The translations under genes and the position numbers were made by a program. The notes below the pieces were generated by a model that worked only from the letters and a program-made list of their open reading frames with translations, was not told the DNA's origin and made no database searches. A stretch of DNA of 64,000 bases from Candidatus Latescibacterota bacterium (GTDB taxonomy: Bacteria > Latescibacterota > UBA2968 > GCA-2709665), in contig CAXXJS010000020.1 of the NCBI GenBank assembly GCA_963662665.2, forward strand, positions 96,001 through 160,000. Reading direction: 5' to 3'. This document shows, piece by piece, positions 38,712-49,088 of the stretch (position 1 is the stretch's first letter; the number at the start of each line of letters is the position of its first letter).

Positions 38712-40451
38712 TCACGCCTTGAACGGCCGATATTCCACCAGGGCTGACCGTCCCACGATCTCCACGATCCGCACGGTCATCTCAACGCCATTTACATCGG
38801 TAAGTCGCAGCTCTTCCCCAAGCATGAAGTGTACCGGCTGCTGCTGACCCTGGTTGATGGCGATGTTCGAGGCGTAGAGATAAGTCCGGTCGAGGGAGTC
38901 GCGAATCGGACTCAGCGATCCCTTCAGCCCCGGAATCTGGCCACTGTCTTCGGAAAGAATGACGGCGCCGCCGCCGGGAAGCGGATCAAGTTCAATGGTG
39001 AGCGCACCTTCCGACGGTATCCAGTCGCGTTCGCAGTGCGCGGCAAAACCCTGAGCAGCGGCGAATACGGTCATTGGCAGATCGTCCTTATGCAGTCCGA
39101 TACTTGCCTCACCCAGCGCATCCGTCGTCGCCTGTTTCCAGGTTTTGTTCGGGAACAACACCAGCAATTCCGTATTTGGGAGCCTCGTGTCGCCGGCGCG
39201 CACACTGACGAGCACACGGACCGGATTCGGCTCGGTGGATGCCGCCGGCAGCGTAACGCGAAGTTCCGCGTCTCCGACCAGGTCGAACCGCGGCAGACGC
39301 CCGGCGAGTTCCCGGGTTTCTCTGCGAATGACGGGGACGCCGTCACCGCGCCGTTCCATGATGAAGAGTCGCCCGCCCGACCCCTGGATTCCGCTGGTTG
39401 GCATCCGGCCGAAGACCGAGGCGAGGACCTCGTTACGGGTTGCCTGGCGATATTCCAACTCTTCAACGGTGAGACTGTTGTCGAGTGCGCCGGGTGACTG
39501 GATTTCCACACGGTCGGCGAACATGGACAGGCGAATCCGGCTGACGCGTATCGAATAGTCGCGGTGCGCCACGGCATTGGCGATAGCCTCGAACAGGGCT
39601 TATGCGCTGTACTGTGGCAAATCCATGCGTGCCGGGTCTTTGTAGGCTCCAACGCGCATATTGCGCACGGCAAAGGCGACCGCTTCGGCAATTTGCCGGT
39701 TGAGGGGGCCGGTAATTGTCTGGGTATCGAGTTGGCCGGAGGCTCGATCCGTACCGCGGTAATGGGTGGCCGTAATGCAGGCGTTGGGCAGCCATTCTTC
39801 CGGTGTGTTGCAGCAAAAGAGGAGGCCGGCGACGGTCGCTCGCACCGTATCGTGTTCGTCGCGTCCGACGAGACCCATTTTTTCCAATGCGGTCTCGGGA
39901 TCGGCCCTGCCTTCCGCACTCAACATTGGTCTCCACAAGGCTTCGTCAAGCGTTCCCAAACCGGTGTTGGGCACCGGCTGCTTATCGAACCAATGGAACC
40001 GCGCTTGTCCCCGCCGTTGCGCCAAGCGCAACCGCTCATCGCTTGTCATGCGGCGTATTGAACTACCAACCCGAACAAAGCTTCCGCCTGGACTATCATG
40101 CTGCGATTCGCTATGAGGTACTTCGACGAGGAGCAATCGCTTGCCATCCAGTTCTTTGTTATAGGTGCTGATGCGAACGGCAGGTTTAATTGCGTCAGAG
40201 CTGATCCCGACCAGAACAGAATCCAACTCGACGATCTGTTCGCGCGACATGCCCTGAACTTCGCCTGCGTCGGTGACGCCACAGAGCAGCACACCGCCAC
40301 CGCCATTGGCAAAAGCCGCTATTTCATCTGCCAGGTCGTCTCGATTGGGCGCAGTAGGACGGTCAGCGCGGAACTCGACCTGCTTGAACTCACAGTAGCT
40401 GTCCTCGCCCAGGCGAAGTTGCCGTACAATCTCTTCTTCAGTGCAGCTCAT
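38712..40451 (-). pseudogene. AlbA_2 (Schlafen-like) plus HATPase_c_4 protein with an in-frame stop
   Basis: GEDS..EFK and EIAAFANGGGGVLLCGVTD.G at the N-terminus. Reads ...PQYSA*ALFEAIANAVAHRDYS... through a TAA at 39600-39602 in the same frame, then RNEVLA and MERRGDGV. Confidence 0.85.
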
Positions 40452-42658
40452 CGATCGTTTCCAAAGCCCAACCTTGCCAGGTTTTTCTCAATAGCCGCAT
40501 CCAGCTTTGCGGCCTCGGCCTGTTGTTCGCGCCACTGTTTCGCGAGACGGGACATTTTCTCCTCGAAGGGTTCACCATCGTCCGGCTGCGGTTCAGCGCC
40601 CACGTAGCGTCCGGGTGTGAGGACATGCCCGTGTTTACGTATCTCTTCGAGCGATGCGCTTTTGCAGAAGCCGGGAACGTTGGAGTAGCCCTTGCCATTG
40701 CGCCAGGCGTGGTAGGTGTCCGCGATCCTGGCTATATCCTCCGGCGAGAGGTCCCGTCGGGTACGGTCGATCAGATGACCCAACTTTCGGGCGTCGATGA
40801 ACAGGATTTCGCTGACCCGCACCCCTGCCCCTCTCCCAGTGGGAGCGGGGTTTACGGCGCTAGCAATTCTGATGAGGGCTTCCTCGGTGCGCTTCAGCAG
40901 GTGTTCGTTCTTGACTCGGACAACCGTCATCCCCAGGGATTCCAGGTAGGCATCGCGGTTGCTGTCCGCCTCACGTTGCTCATCGACCTCGTGGACCGAT
41001 CCGTCCAATTCCACGACCAGCCGCTCATCGTGGCAGTAAAAATCAGCTATGTATTTGCCGATCTGATGCTGGCGTCGGAATTTCAGTCCCATAAATCGCC
41101 GGTCCCTGAGCAACTCCCATGCGAAAGCCTCCGCGGGAGTCGCCTTCATTCTCATCTCTCTCGCCCGATCCAACAGCCCGAAAAACTCGTAACCACCCCG
41201 GTAGTGACCCCCTCCCTTTGCGTCCGCCCGTTGCGAATCTTGGTGCTGCACATCGCTTCTGTTCACCTGTCCGGCAGTCAGACCCTCTCCCTCTGGGAGA
41301 GGGTGGCGCGTAGCGCCGGGTGAGGGTGCCTCTGACCCTACAGGGTGGCGCGTAGCGCCGGGTGAGGGCGCCTTTGACTGCCGCGTAGCGCCGGGTGAGG
41401 GCGCCCTTTTCAAAAACCAAAGACACGCGGGTATCTGTGTGGACCGGAAGAGCTGACCGGGCAGGGCAACGATGCAGTCCACCAGGTTGGCCTCGATGAT
41501 GTTCTTTCGGATTTCTCCCTCGTTTGACTGGTTGGACGACATGGATCCGTTGGCGAGGACGAAGCCGGCGAAGCCTCGCGGCGACAGGTGATGCAGGAAG
41601 TGCTGTACCCACGCGAAGTTGGCGTTGCCGACCGGGGGCGTTCCAAACTCCCAGCGTTTGTCGTCTCGCAGACGATCACCGCCCCAGTCGGAAACGTTGA
41701 AGGGCGGATTCGCGAGGATGTAGTCAGCCTTCAGATCGGGGTGACGGTCATTGTGAAAGCTGTCCCCCTGCGCGATCTGACCCTCGATGCCTCGTATCGC
41801 CAGGTTCATCCGTGCCATTCGCCACGTCGTGTAGTTGGATTCCTGGCCGTATATGGAGATCTTCTCCCTCGCGCTTCCCCGGCCTGCCTGTCCGGTAGTC
41901 AGACCCTCTCCCTTTGGGAGAGGGTGGCGCGCAGCGTCGGGTGAGGCTATCCCACTCGTGTGCGCTTCAATGAACGCCATCGACTGGACGAACATTCCGG
42001 ATGAACCGCAACATGGGTCGTAGACTCGTCCCTCGTATGGCTGCAACATCTCAACCAGGAGGCGAACGACGGAGCGCGGGGTGTAGAACTCGCCGCCTTT
42101 CCTTCCCTCTGCAATCGCGAACTGTTCCAGGAAGTACTCATAAACGCTGCCCAGAACGTCGGTGGCGCGCGCCTCCTCACCGCCCACCTGGATGTTGCTG
42201 ACCATGTCGACAACTTGCCCTAAGCGTGTCTTGTCCAGGTTTGGGCGCGCGTAATCCTTTGGCAGTACGTCTTTCAAGGCGGGATTGTCCCGTTCTATTG
42301 CGGCCATGGCATCGTCCACCGCTCGCCCGATCGTGGGCTGGCGTGCCTGTGATTGCAGATTCGGCCATCTCGCCTCGGGCGGTACCCAGAAGATATTCTG
42401 GGCGCGGTACTCGTCGGGATCCTCCGGATCCGCGCCTTCAGCGAGTTCCTCCACCAATTTGCCGTGGGCTTCCTCAAACGCGTCCGAAATGTACTTGAGG
42501 AAGATCAGCCCCAGCACCACGTGTTTGTACTCTGCGGCGTCCATGCTTCCCCGAAGCGCGTCGGCCATCGCCCAGAGTTCGGACCTGAAATCAGTTGCTT
42601 CGTTCCCGTCGCCCGATTTGGTCAACTTCGAGGTTTTTTTCCGTCTTCCTCTGGCCAT
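40448..42658 (-). CDS. hsdM: Type I RM methyltransferase subunit with two in-frame insertions (palindromic repeat; repeats plus DUF559 domain)
   Basis: [27 protein letters not shown] (motif I), NPPF (motif IV), ILFIDAR and LTPGRYVG. The frame is open over 736 aa. Confidence 0.95.
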   Translation of the reverse strand: MARGRRKKTSKLTKSGDGNEATDFRSELWAMADALRGSMDAAEYKHVVLGLIFLKYISDAFEEAHGKLVEELAEGADPEDPDEYRAQNIFWVPPEARWPNLQSQARQPTIGRAVDDAMAAIERDNPALKDVLPKDYARPNLDKTRLGQVVDMVSNIQVGGEEARATDVLGSVYEYFLEQFAIAEGRKGGEFYTPRSVVRLLVEMLQPYEGRVYDPCCGSSGMFVQSMAFIEAHTSGIASPDAARHPLPKGEGLTTGQAGRGSAREKISIYGQESNYTTWRMARMNLAIRGIEGQIAQGDSFHNDRHPDLKADYILANPPFNVSDWGGDRLRDDKRWEFGTPPVGNANFAWVQHFLHHLSPRGFAGFVLANGSMSSNQSNEGEIRKNIIEANLVDCIVALPGQLFRSTQIPACLWFLKRAPSPGATRQSKAPSPGATRHPVGSEAPSPGATRHPLPEGEGLTAGQVNRSDVQHQDSQRADAKGGGHYRGGYEFFGLLDRAREMRMKATPAEAFAWELLRDRRFMGLKFRRQHQIGKYIADFYCHDERLVVELDGSVHEVDEQREADSNRDAYLESLGMTVVRVKNEHLLKRTEEALIRIASAVNPAPTGRGAGVRVSEILFIDARKLGHLIDRTRRDLSPEDIARIADTYHAWRNGKGYSNVPGFCKSASLEEIRKHGHVLTPGRYVGAEPQPDDGEPFEEKMSRLAKQWREQQAEAAKLDAAIEKNLARLGFGNDR
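40816..41406 (-). mobile_element. DUF559 (Vsr-like endonuclease) cassette flanked by inverted palindromic repeats, inserted in frame in hsdM
   Basis: DUF559 motifs RARE.R...T.AE...[28 protein letters not shown] and RDAYL...G..V.R at about 40860-41170. Left end CCCTCACCC..CCCTCTCCC-AGA-GGGAGAGGG; right end CCCGCTCCC-ACT-GGGAGAGGG..GGGTGCGGG. Confidence 0.75.
41260..41406. repeat. Three tandem repeat cores plus hairpin inside hsdM
   Basis: CGCGTAGCGCCGGGTGAGGG at 41307-41326, 41349-41368 and 41382-41401, with hairpin CCCTCTCCC-TCT-GGGAGAGGG at 41283-41303. Translated as APSPGATR three times. Confidence 0.92.
41887..41946. repeat. Single repeat unit inserted in frame in a second hsdM loop
   Basis: CCTGTCCGGTAGTCAGA-CCCTCTCCC-TTT-GGGAGAGGG-TGGCGCGCAGCGTCGGGTGAGG, encoding [19 protein letters not shown]. 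Confidence 0.9.
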
Positions 42659-42843
42659 CGTGTAATGCTCCCGGGTTTACATTTCCAGCGCTAAGTTCTT
42701 GTACACCATTAAGGTATACATCTCATCATTACCCGTCAACGTAAAACGGGGTGATCGAGCCCATCGCCCGATGACCGTCGCATTTTGCAACATCCGCCGG
42801 CCAATCGCCTTCACCTCAAGAACGCCCCCCACCGTCGCGTCTG

Positions 42844-42955
42844 GTTCACCTGTCCCGCAGTCAGACCCTCTCCCCTTGGGAGAGGGTGGCGCGTAGCGCC
42901 GGGTGAGGGCGCCTTTGCCCCCCAGAGTCGCGCGTAGCGCCGGGTGAGGGCGCCC
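42844..42955. repeat. Intergenic repeat cluster (hairpin plus two cores) downstream of tRNA-Ala
   Basis: GTTCACCTGTCCCGCAGTCAGA-CCCTCTCCC-CTT-GGGAGAGGG, with cores at 42890-42909 and 42931-42950. Confidence 0.92.
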
Positions 42956-42968
42956 TGCCATCCATAAC

Positions 42969-43004
42969 CAAAACAGGCCTGCGCAACGTCGCGCAAGCCT
43001 GTTT
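42969..43004 (-). terminator. Rho-independent terminator after tRNA-Ala
   Basis: Minus strand AAACAGGCTTGCGC-GACGTT-GCGCAGGCCTGTTTT. Confidence 0.7.
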
Positions 43005-43013
43005 CTGATTTCA

Positions 43014-43089
43014 TGGTGGAGCTGATCGGGATCGAACCGATGACCTCATGACTGCCAGTCATGCGCTCTCCCAGCTGAGCTACAGCCCC
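43014..43089 (-). tRNA. tRNA-Ala (GGC)
   Basis: GGGGCTGTAGCTCAGCTGGGAGAGCG-CATGA-CTGGCAG-TCATG-AGGTCATCGGTTCGATCCCGATCAGCTCCACCA; 76 nt with the G3:U70 alanine determinant. Confidence 0.97.
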
Positions 43090-43110
43090 ACCTCTGGGCA
43101 ATGTGGAGGA

Positions 43111-43139
43111 AGTGTAACAAAGCGACCGTTTTCTGTCAA
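43111..43139 (-). promoter_or_regulatory. sigma70-type promoter for tRNA-Ala
   Basis: TTGACA-17 bp-TACACT with an extended -10 TGn. Confidence 0.7.
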
Positions 43140-43233
43140 GCGAAAAGGCTTGAATCGGGCGCGTCGGGCAGGGGGATATCGAGCCCGGGAACGCGCGATT
43201 GTCGGGGCAAAAGTGGCGCACGTGAGGGAGTCT

Positions 43234-45324
<2,091 letters not shown>

Positions 45325-45586
45325 TTAAGATAATCAATGAGTTGGGTCAAGTGGTAACCTTGATTATTAACTCTTCGGGGAAGTAAAACCGCATATATGC
45401 AAGAAGATAAAGGCGATTTGACTTCTGATTACCAGGATACACCAGGTCACTGGACGTGAACTGAAAAAATGTCCCTTTTGACGACCGTTACGCCCCGTTT
45501 CAAGGGTTTTCGTCGCGTCGCCGAGTTGCTGTTTTTTTCGAATTGGGGTTAACCCGCTCGCGCCGGACTGATCCCGCGGCGAAACA

Positions 45587-46462
45587 TCAAAGCGTGCCCG
45601 CGAGGATTGCCACCAGCCCCAGCATCATTCCCGCCTTCAAAAACCGATTGATCATGCGGAGGCGGCGTGTGTCCGGGACGCGGAGTACGGAGAACATAAT
45701 ACAAACCAGCAGGACGTCGAGCAGGGAAACGAGGATGAGATAGGGCAGCCCGTAGAGGTCCAGGAGGTACGGAACCGGCGTAAGGAGAATGAGAAGCGCA
45801 TAGGCGCCAACGGCCAGGCGGCACGCCCTGGTCGGCCCCCAGTGGAGGGGGAGGGTTTCGCCGGGTGCCTTGCGGTCTCCGGGGACGTCCTGCGTGTCTT
45901 TGAGAATTTCCCGGCCCAGGTGGTAGATGGCCGCAAACAGGGCGGGTACCGCGGCTGAAACGGGCGCACGGACGGCGAATCCGCCGTAGAAGAAGGCGAC
46001 GCCGCACAGGAGGCTCACCACGACGTTTCCGGCCAATGGGACGTGTTTCAGTCGCCGGTTATAGGCCACGAGGCAGGCGCACGAGACGGCGGCGGTCGCG
46101 ATGGCTTCGGGCGGCAGAAAGAGACTGAGGCCGAGGCCCAGCAAGAAGAGGGCAACAGATTCGATGCAGGCCGCGCGGGGGGTAAGGCGGGCGGACGGAA
46201 GGGGCCTGTGAGGGTGGTTGACGCGGTCGGTATCCAGGTCCCACAGGTCGTTGAGCGCATTGGCGCCGGCCATCACCGCCGCAGCGGAGAACGCGGCAAT
46301 CCAGAGAGACGGGGGCAGCGCGTGTACGCCCAGCCACCCCCCCATCAGCACGGAGGCAAAGGTAATGAGACAGTTCTGGGGGCGCGTGATCTGCAGGCCC
46401 GCGCGGAAGGCGGCGGCTTCGGAAAGGTCAGACCGGAGCGGCGCCGGATTCCTTGAAGACAT
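45587..46462 (-). CDS. UbiA family prenyltransferase (DGGGP-synthase-like)
   Basis: RPQN, NDLWDLDTDRVNHPHRPLPS, YN..LK..PL.GN and REILKD.QDVPGD...G.TLP motifs; multi-pass membrane protein. Confidence 0.85.
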   Translation of the reverse strand: MSSRNPAPLRSDLSEAAAFRAGLQITRPQNCLITFASVLMGGWLGVHALPPSLWIAAFSAAAVMAGANALNDLWDLDTDRVNHPHRPLPSARLTPRAACIESVALFLLGLGLSLFLPPEAIATAAVSCACLVAYNRRLKHVPLAGNVVVSLLCGVAFFYGGFAVRAPVSAAVPALFAAIYHLGREILKDTQDVPGDRKAPGETLPLHWGPTRACRLAVGAYALLILLTPVPYLLDLYGLPYLILVSLLDVLLVCIMFSVLRVPDTRRLRMINRFLKAGMMLGLVAILAGTL

Positions 46463-48131
46463 CGGCGGCGTCCCGAATGGAATAGCGGTAACCCTGTTCG
46501 GTAAGAAACGTCTGGCGCTTGCGGGCGAATTCCAACTCCCGGGTATCCCTGGTAACGAGGGTGTAGAAGTGAGCCAGGCTGCCGTTGGCCTTGGGTCGAA
46601 TAATGCGCCCCAATCGCTGGGCCTCTTCCTGCCGTGAACCGAATGTCCCGGAAATCTGGATGGCCACGTTGGCGTCCGGCAGGTCGACGGCGAAGTTGGC
46701 CACCTTGGAGACGACCATCAGCCGGATATCGCCCTGCCGGAAACGTGCGTATAACAGGTCTCGCTCCTGGCTGGGCGTCTTGCCGGTAATGACGGGCGCA
46801 TTCAGTTCTCTGGCGAAGGCTTCGACCTGGTTGACGTACTTGCCGATCACCAGGATCTGATCCTTGTCGTGGTTCCGGATAAGTTGTTTGGCCAGAGGGA
46901 TTTTCGACGGATTTTCCGAGGCGATCCGGAACTTGCCGCGGCCGCCGGCAACGGCGTAGTCAAGGCGCAGGTGCTGGGGCAACGGCAGGCGGATCTCACG
47001 GCATTCCGCCGTGGCTATCCAGCCCCGGGACTCCAGATCACGCCAGGGCACGTCGAAACGTTTCGGACCTATGAGACTGAAGACGTCCGCTTCGAGACCG
47101 TCTTCCCGAACCAGCGTGGCGGTAAGGCCCAGCCTGCGTCTCGCCTGGAGTTCGGCGGTAAAGCGGAAGACGGGCGCGGGCAGTAGATGAACTTCGTCGT
47201 ACAGGATAATACCCCAGTTGCCCTGGTTGAAGATGGCGAAGTGCGGAAATGCATCACCTTTTTTCCTTCGATAGGTGAGGATGTTATACGTGGCGACCGT
47301 GATGGGACGGATTTCTTTGTATTCGCCTGAATATTCGCCGATCTGGTCCGGCTTCAGATCTGTCTTGTCGAGAAGTTCTGCCTTCCATTGGCGAGATGCG
47401 GTGATGTTCGTGGTGAGGATGAGCGCCTGGGTCTGAAGGCGTTCGATCGCTGCGATACCCACAATGGTCTTTCCCGCGCCGCAGGGCAGAACCACCACGC
47501 CGCTGCCACCGTCCGGCCCGCCGCCTGCGTGAAAGATCTCCATGGCCTCCCGCTGGTAGTCGCGCAGGTGAAACGGAGCGCCCGACCGCGCGACGGCCCG
47601 GCGGCGCAGCGTCAGATTCTTGCCCGGTACGTACCCGGCCAGATCCTTGACGGGAAAGCCGATGCGGGTGAGCGCCTGCTTGAGGTGACCCCTGTACAAG
47701 AGGTCGACCTGGAGGCGGCGATCGTCAATCTTGCGGTTCAGATAGGGCCGTACGGACTTGTGCTGGCAGATTTCCGTGATCAGCAGCGGATCGTCGGCGG
47801 AGAGAATGAGGTCGTTACCGGAGCGTTCCAGTCGAATTCGACCGTATCGCCCCAGGGTCTCCCGGATCTCAACGGAGACGTTCTGGGGAATCTCATATTT
47901 GCTGAACGATTCCAGAGCGCAGGTGATTTCGTCCGCCGTGAGACCTGCTGCCGCGGCGTTCCAGAGCGATAGCGGGCTGATGCGGTAGGTGTGTATGTAT
48001 TCCGGGCTCTTTTCCAGTTCGGCGAAGCGGGCCAGAACGTCCCGTGCGGCATCGTACCTCGGTCCGCCGACCTCTGCAAGAACCGTCATGTCGCTCTGTA
48101 CGATCAGTGGATTTTGGGAATTGTATGACAT
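46428..48131 (-). CDS. XPB/Ssl2/Rad25-like DNA helicase
   Basis: PLIVQSD, FAELEKSPEYIHTYRI.PLSLWNA, LRDYQ, LPCGAGKT, DEVH and SGTFGSRQEEAQRLGRI. ATG 48131. Confidence 0.92.
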   Translation of the reverse strand: MSYNSQNPLIVQSDMTVLAEVGGPRYDAARDVLARFAELEKSPEYIHTYRISPLSLWNAAAAGLTADEITCALESFSKYEIPQNVSVEIRETLGRYGRIRLERSGNDLILSADDPLLITEICQHKSVRPYLNRKIDDRRLQVDLLYRGHLKQALTRIGFPVKDLAGYVPGKNLTLRRRAVARSGAPFHLRDYQREAMEIFHAGGGPDGGSGVVVLPCGAGKTIVGIAAIERLQTQALILTTNITASRQWKAELLDKTDLKPDQIGEYSGEYKEIRPITVATYNILTYRRKKGDAFPHFAIFNQGNWGIILYDEVHLLPAPVFRFTAELQARRRLGLTATLVREDGLEADVFSLIGPKRFDVPWRDLESRGWIATAECREIRLPLPQHLRLDYAVAGGRGKFRIASENPSKIPLAKQLIRNHDKDQILVIGKYVNQVEAFARELNAPVITGKTPSQERDLLYARFRQGDIRLMVVSKVANFAVDLPDANVAIQISGTFGSRQEEAQRLGRIIRPKANGSLAHFYTLVTRDTRELEFARKRQTFLTEQGYRYSIRDAADVFKESGAAPV

Positions 48132-48218
48132 AGAGGCTGGAGACGGGCGGGCAGTTTCCGGGATAGAGCCGGGAAGGATGGGTCGGTGCCCCGGGCGCCG
48201 CGAGTGAAGGGCTTTAAT

Positions 48219-48344
48219 TTGACAGCCCGTTAAAAAAGTCCATCCGGGCTGCGCCCGGCCCTTGCGGCCGAATTTCGGCAATCTATCTCCGGTACGGGAC
48301 ACCATACCTCGCCTGCAGAGCGACCATTTCGCCGGGCTGCTAAG
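48219..48344. mobile_element. Degenerate, internally shortened second copy of the 16.5-kb MITE, in opposite orientation
   Basis: ACAGCCCGTTAAAAAAGTCCATCCGGGCTGCGCCCGGCCCTTGCGGCCGAATT matches the reverse complement of 16613-16665. CCTCGCCTGCAGAGCGAC matches the reverse complement of 16521-16538. Confidence 0.8.
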
Positions 48345-48600
48345 GATACATATCACGGACAGATTTGTCAATTGGTTTCATCCGGGCCGAACCGGTAGCG
48401 ATAGGAAAGAAATTAAGTTTGACTTTAAAGGTTGGTTTACATAATTTTATCATATCTGATAATATAAAGTGGGCCAGTCGTTTCTGGCGTCCGTGTCTCG
48501 CTCCGCCTTTGTGCGGTGTCGCATTATGGAGCGGGGTGATTCCGGTCAAATGCGGCCCACGTCGGGAGGAGCCACAAGTCACGTGGAGGGGAGGGCCCGG

Positions 48601-48792
48601 ATGGAAAATCAATTTACACAGTGCCTGAAATGCGATAAGGGTATTTTGCTTCCTCTGTCCGACTACGGGCGCGATGGCGCGCCTATACACTACAAGGCCT
48701 GGGTTTGCAACAACCCGGATTGCGGGTTCAACCTGCGCATCGATAACGGCGAAATCAGCATGGGAAGAAACATCGCCGAGTCGTACAAATAA
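48601..48792 (+). CDS. Small putative zinc-ribbon protein (63 aa)
   Basis: GGAGGG RBS; CLKC...LLPLSDYG...YKAWVCNNPDC provides four Cys. Confidence 0.7.
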   Translation: MENQFTQCLKCDKGILLPLSDYGRDGAPIHYKAWVCNNPDCGFNLRIDNGEISMGRNIAESYK

Positions 48793-49017
48793 CCCGAATC
48801 CTCAAACGGGAACGACAAGCCCAATCCCGGATGATTACCATGCCGGCCCCGCCCCGCTCGCGGGCTCGCGTTTTGGCCGACCGGGTTTGATGTATCCGGA
48901 GTTCCCGCTGCCGACGGGATTCTTCGCGGCGCCGATGTGTTTCCGCCATCGCACGCCGTCCCCACTGTTGAAGGTTCTGTTCAACCGGTTTTCGATTTCT
49001 TTCCTGCCTCCCATGGG

Positions 49018-49052
49018 GCCAACTCCCGTTCTACGGGTGTGGCTTTTTTTTT
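49018..49052 (+). terminator. Rho-independent terminator
   Basis: GCCAACTCCCGT-TCT-ACGGGTGTGGC followed by T9. Confidence 0.55.
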
Positions 49053-49088
49053 CTGCCATCCGCTCCCCTCTGGTTCTACGTCATTCAG

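Larger units (their letters stand above)
31178..43013. mobile_element. Accessory defence island between convergent tRNA genes
   Basis: Bounded by the 3' ends of tRNA-Ile2 and tRNA-Ala. All genes are on the minus strand and are RM, TA, nuclease or IS type, with a locally AT-richer part at 34.1-35.4 kb. No integrase seen. Confidence 0.7.

Noticed and set aside
41260-41406. Tandem repeats with variable spacers as a CRISPR array
   Set aside because: Only 2-3 units per cluster, spacers of roughly 10-20 nt with unequal length, located inside a coding frame, and no cas1, cas2 or leader. Better explained as palindromic element ends.
40816-41406. Intein in HsdM
   Set aside because: No intein N-terminal Cys/Ser block or C-terminal His-Asn, and the nuclease is DUF559 rather than LAGLIDADG or HNH.
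31178-43013. Prophage or integrative element with att sites
   Set aside because: No integrase, phage or conjugation genes, and no duplicated tRNA 3' end found by eye.
42677-43221. Short ORFs upstream of hsdM (42677-42961, 42811-43221)
   Set aside because: They are translations of the repeat cluster and the tRNA-Ala gene, with no independent coding evidence.
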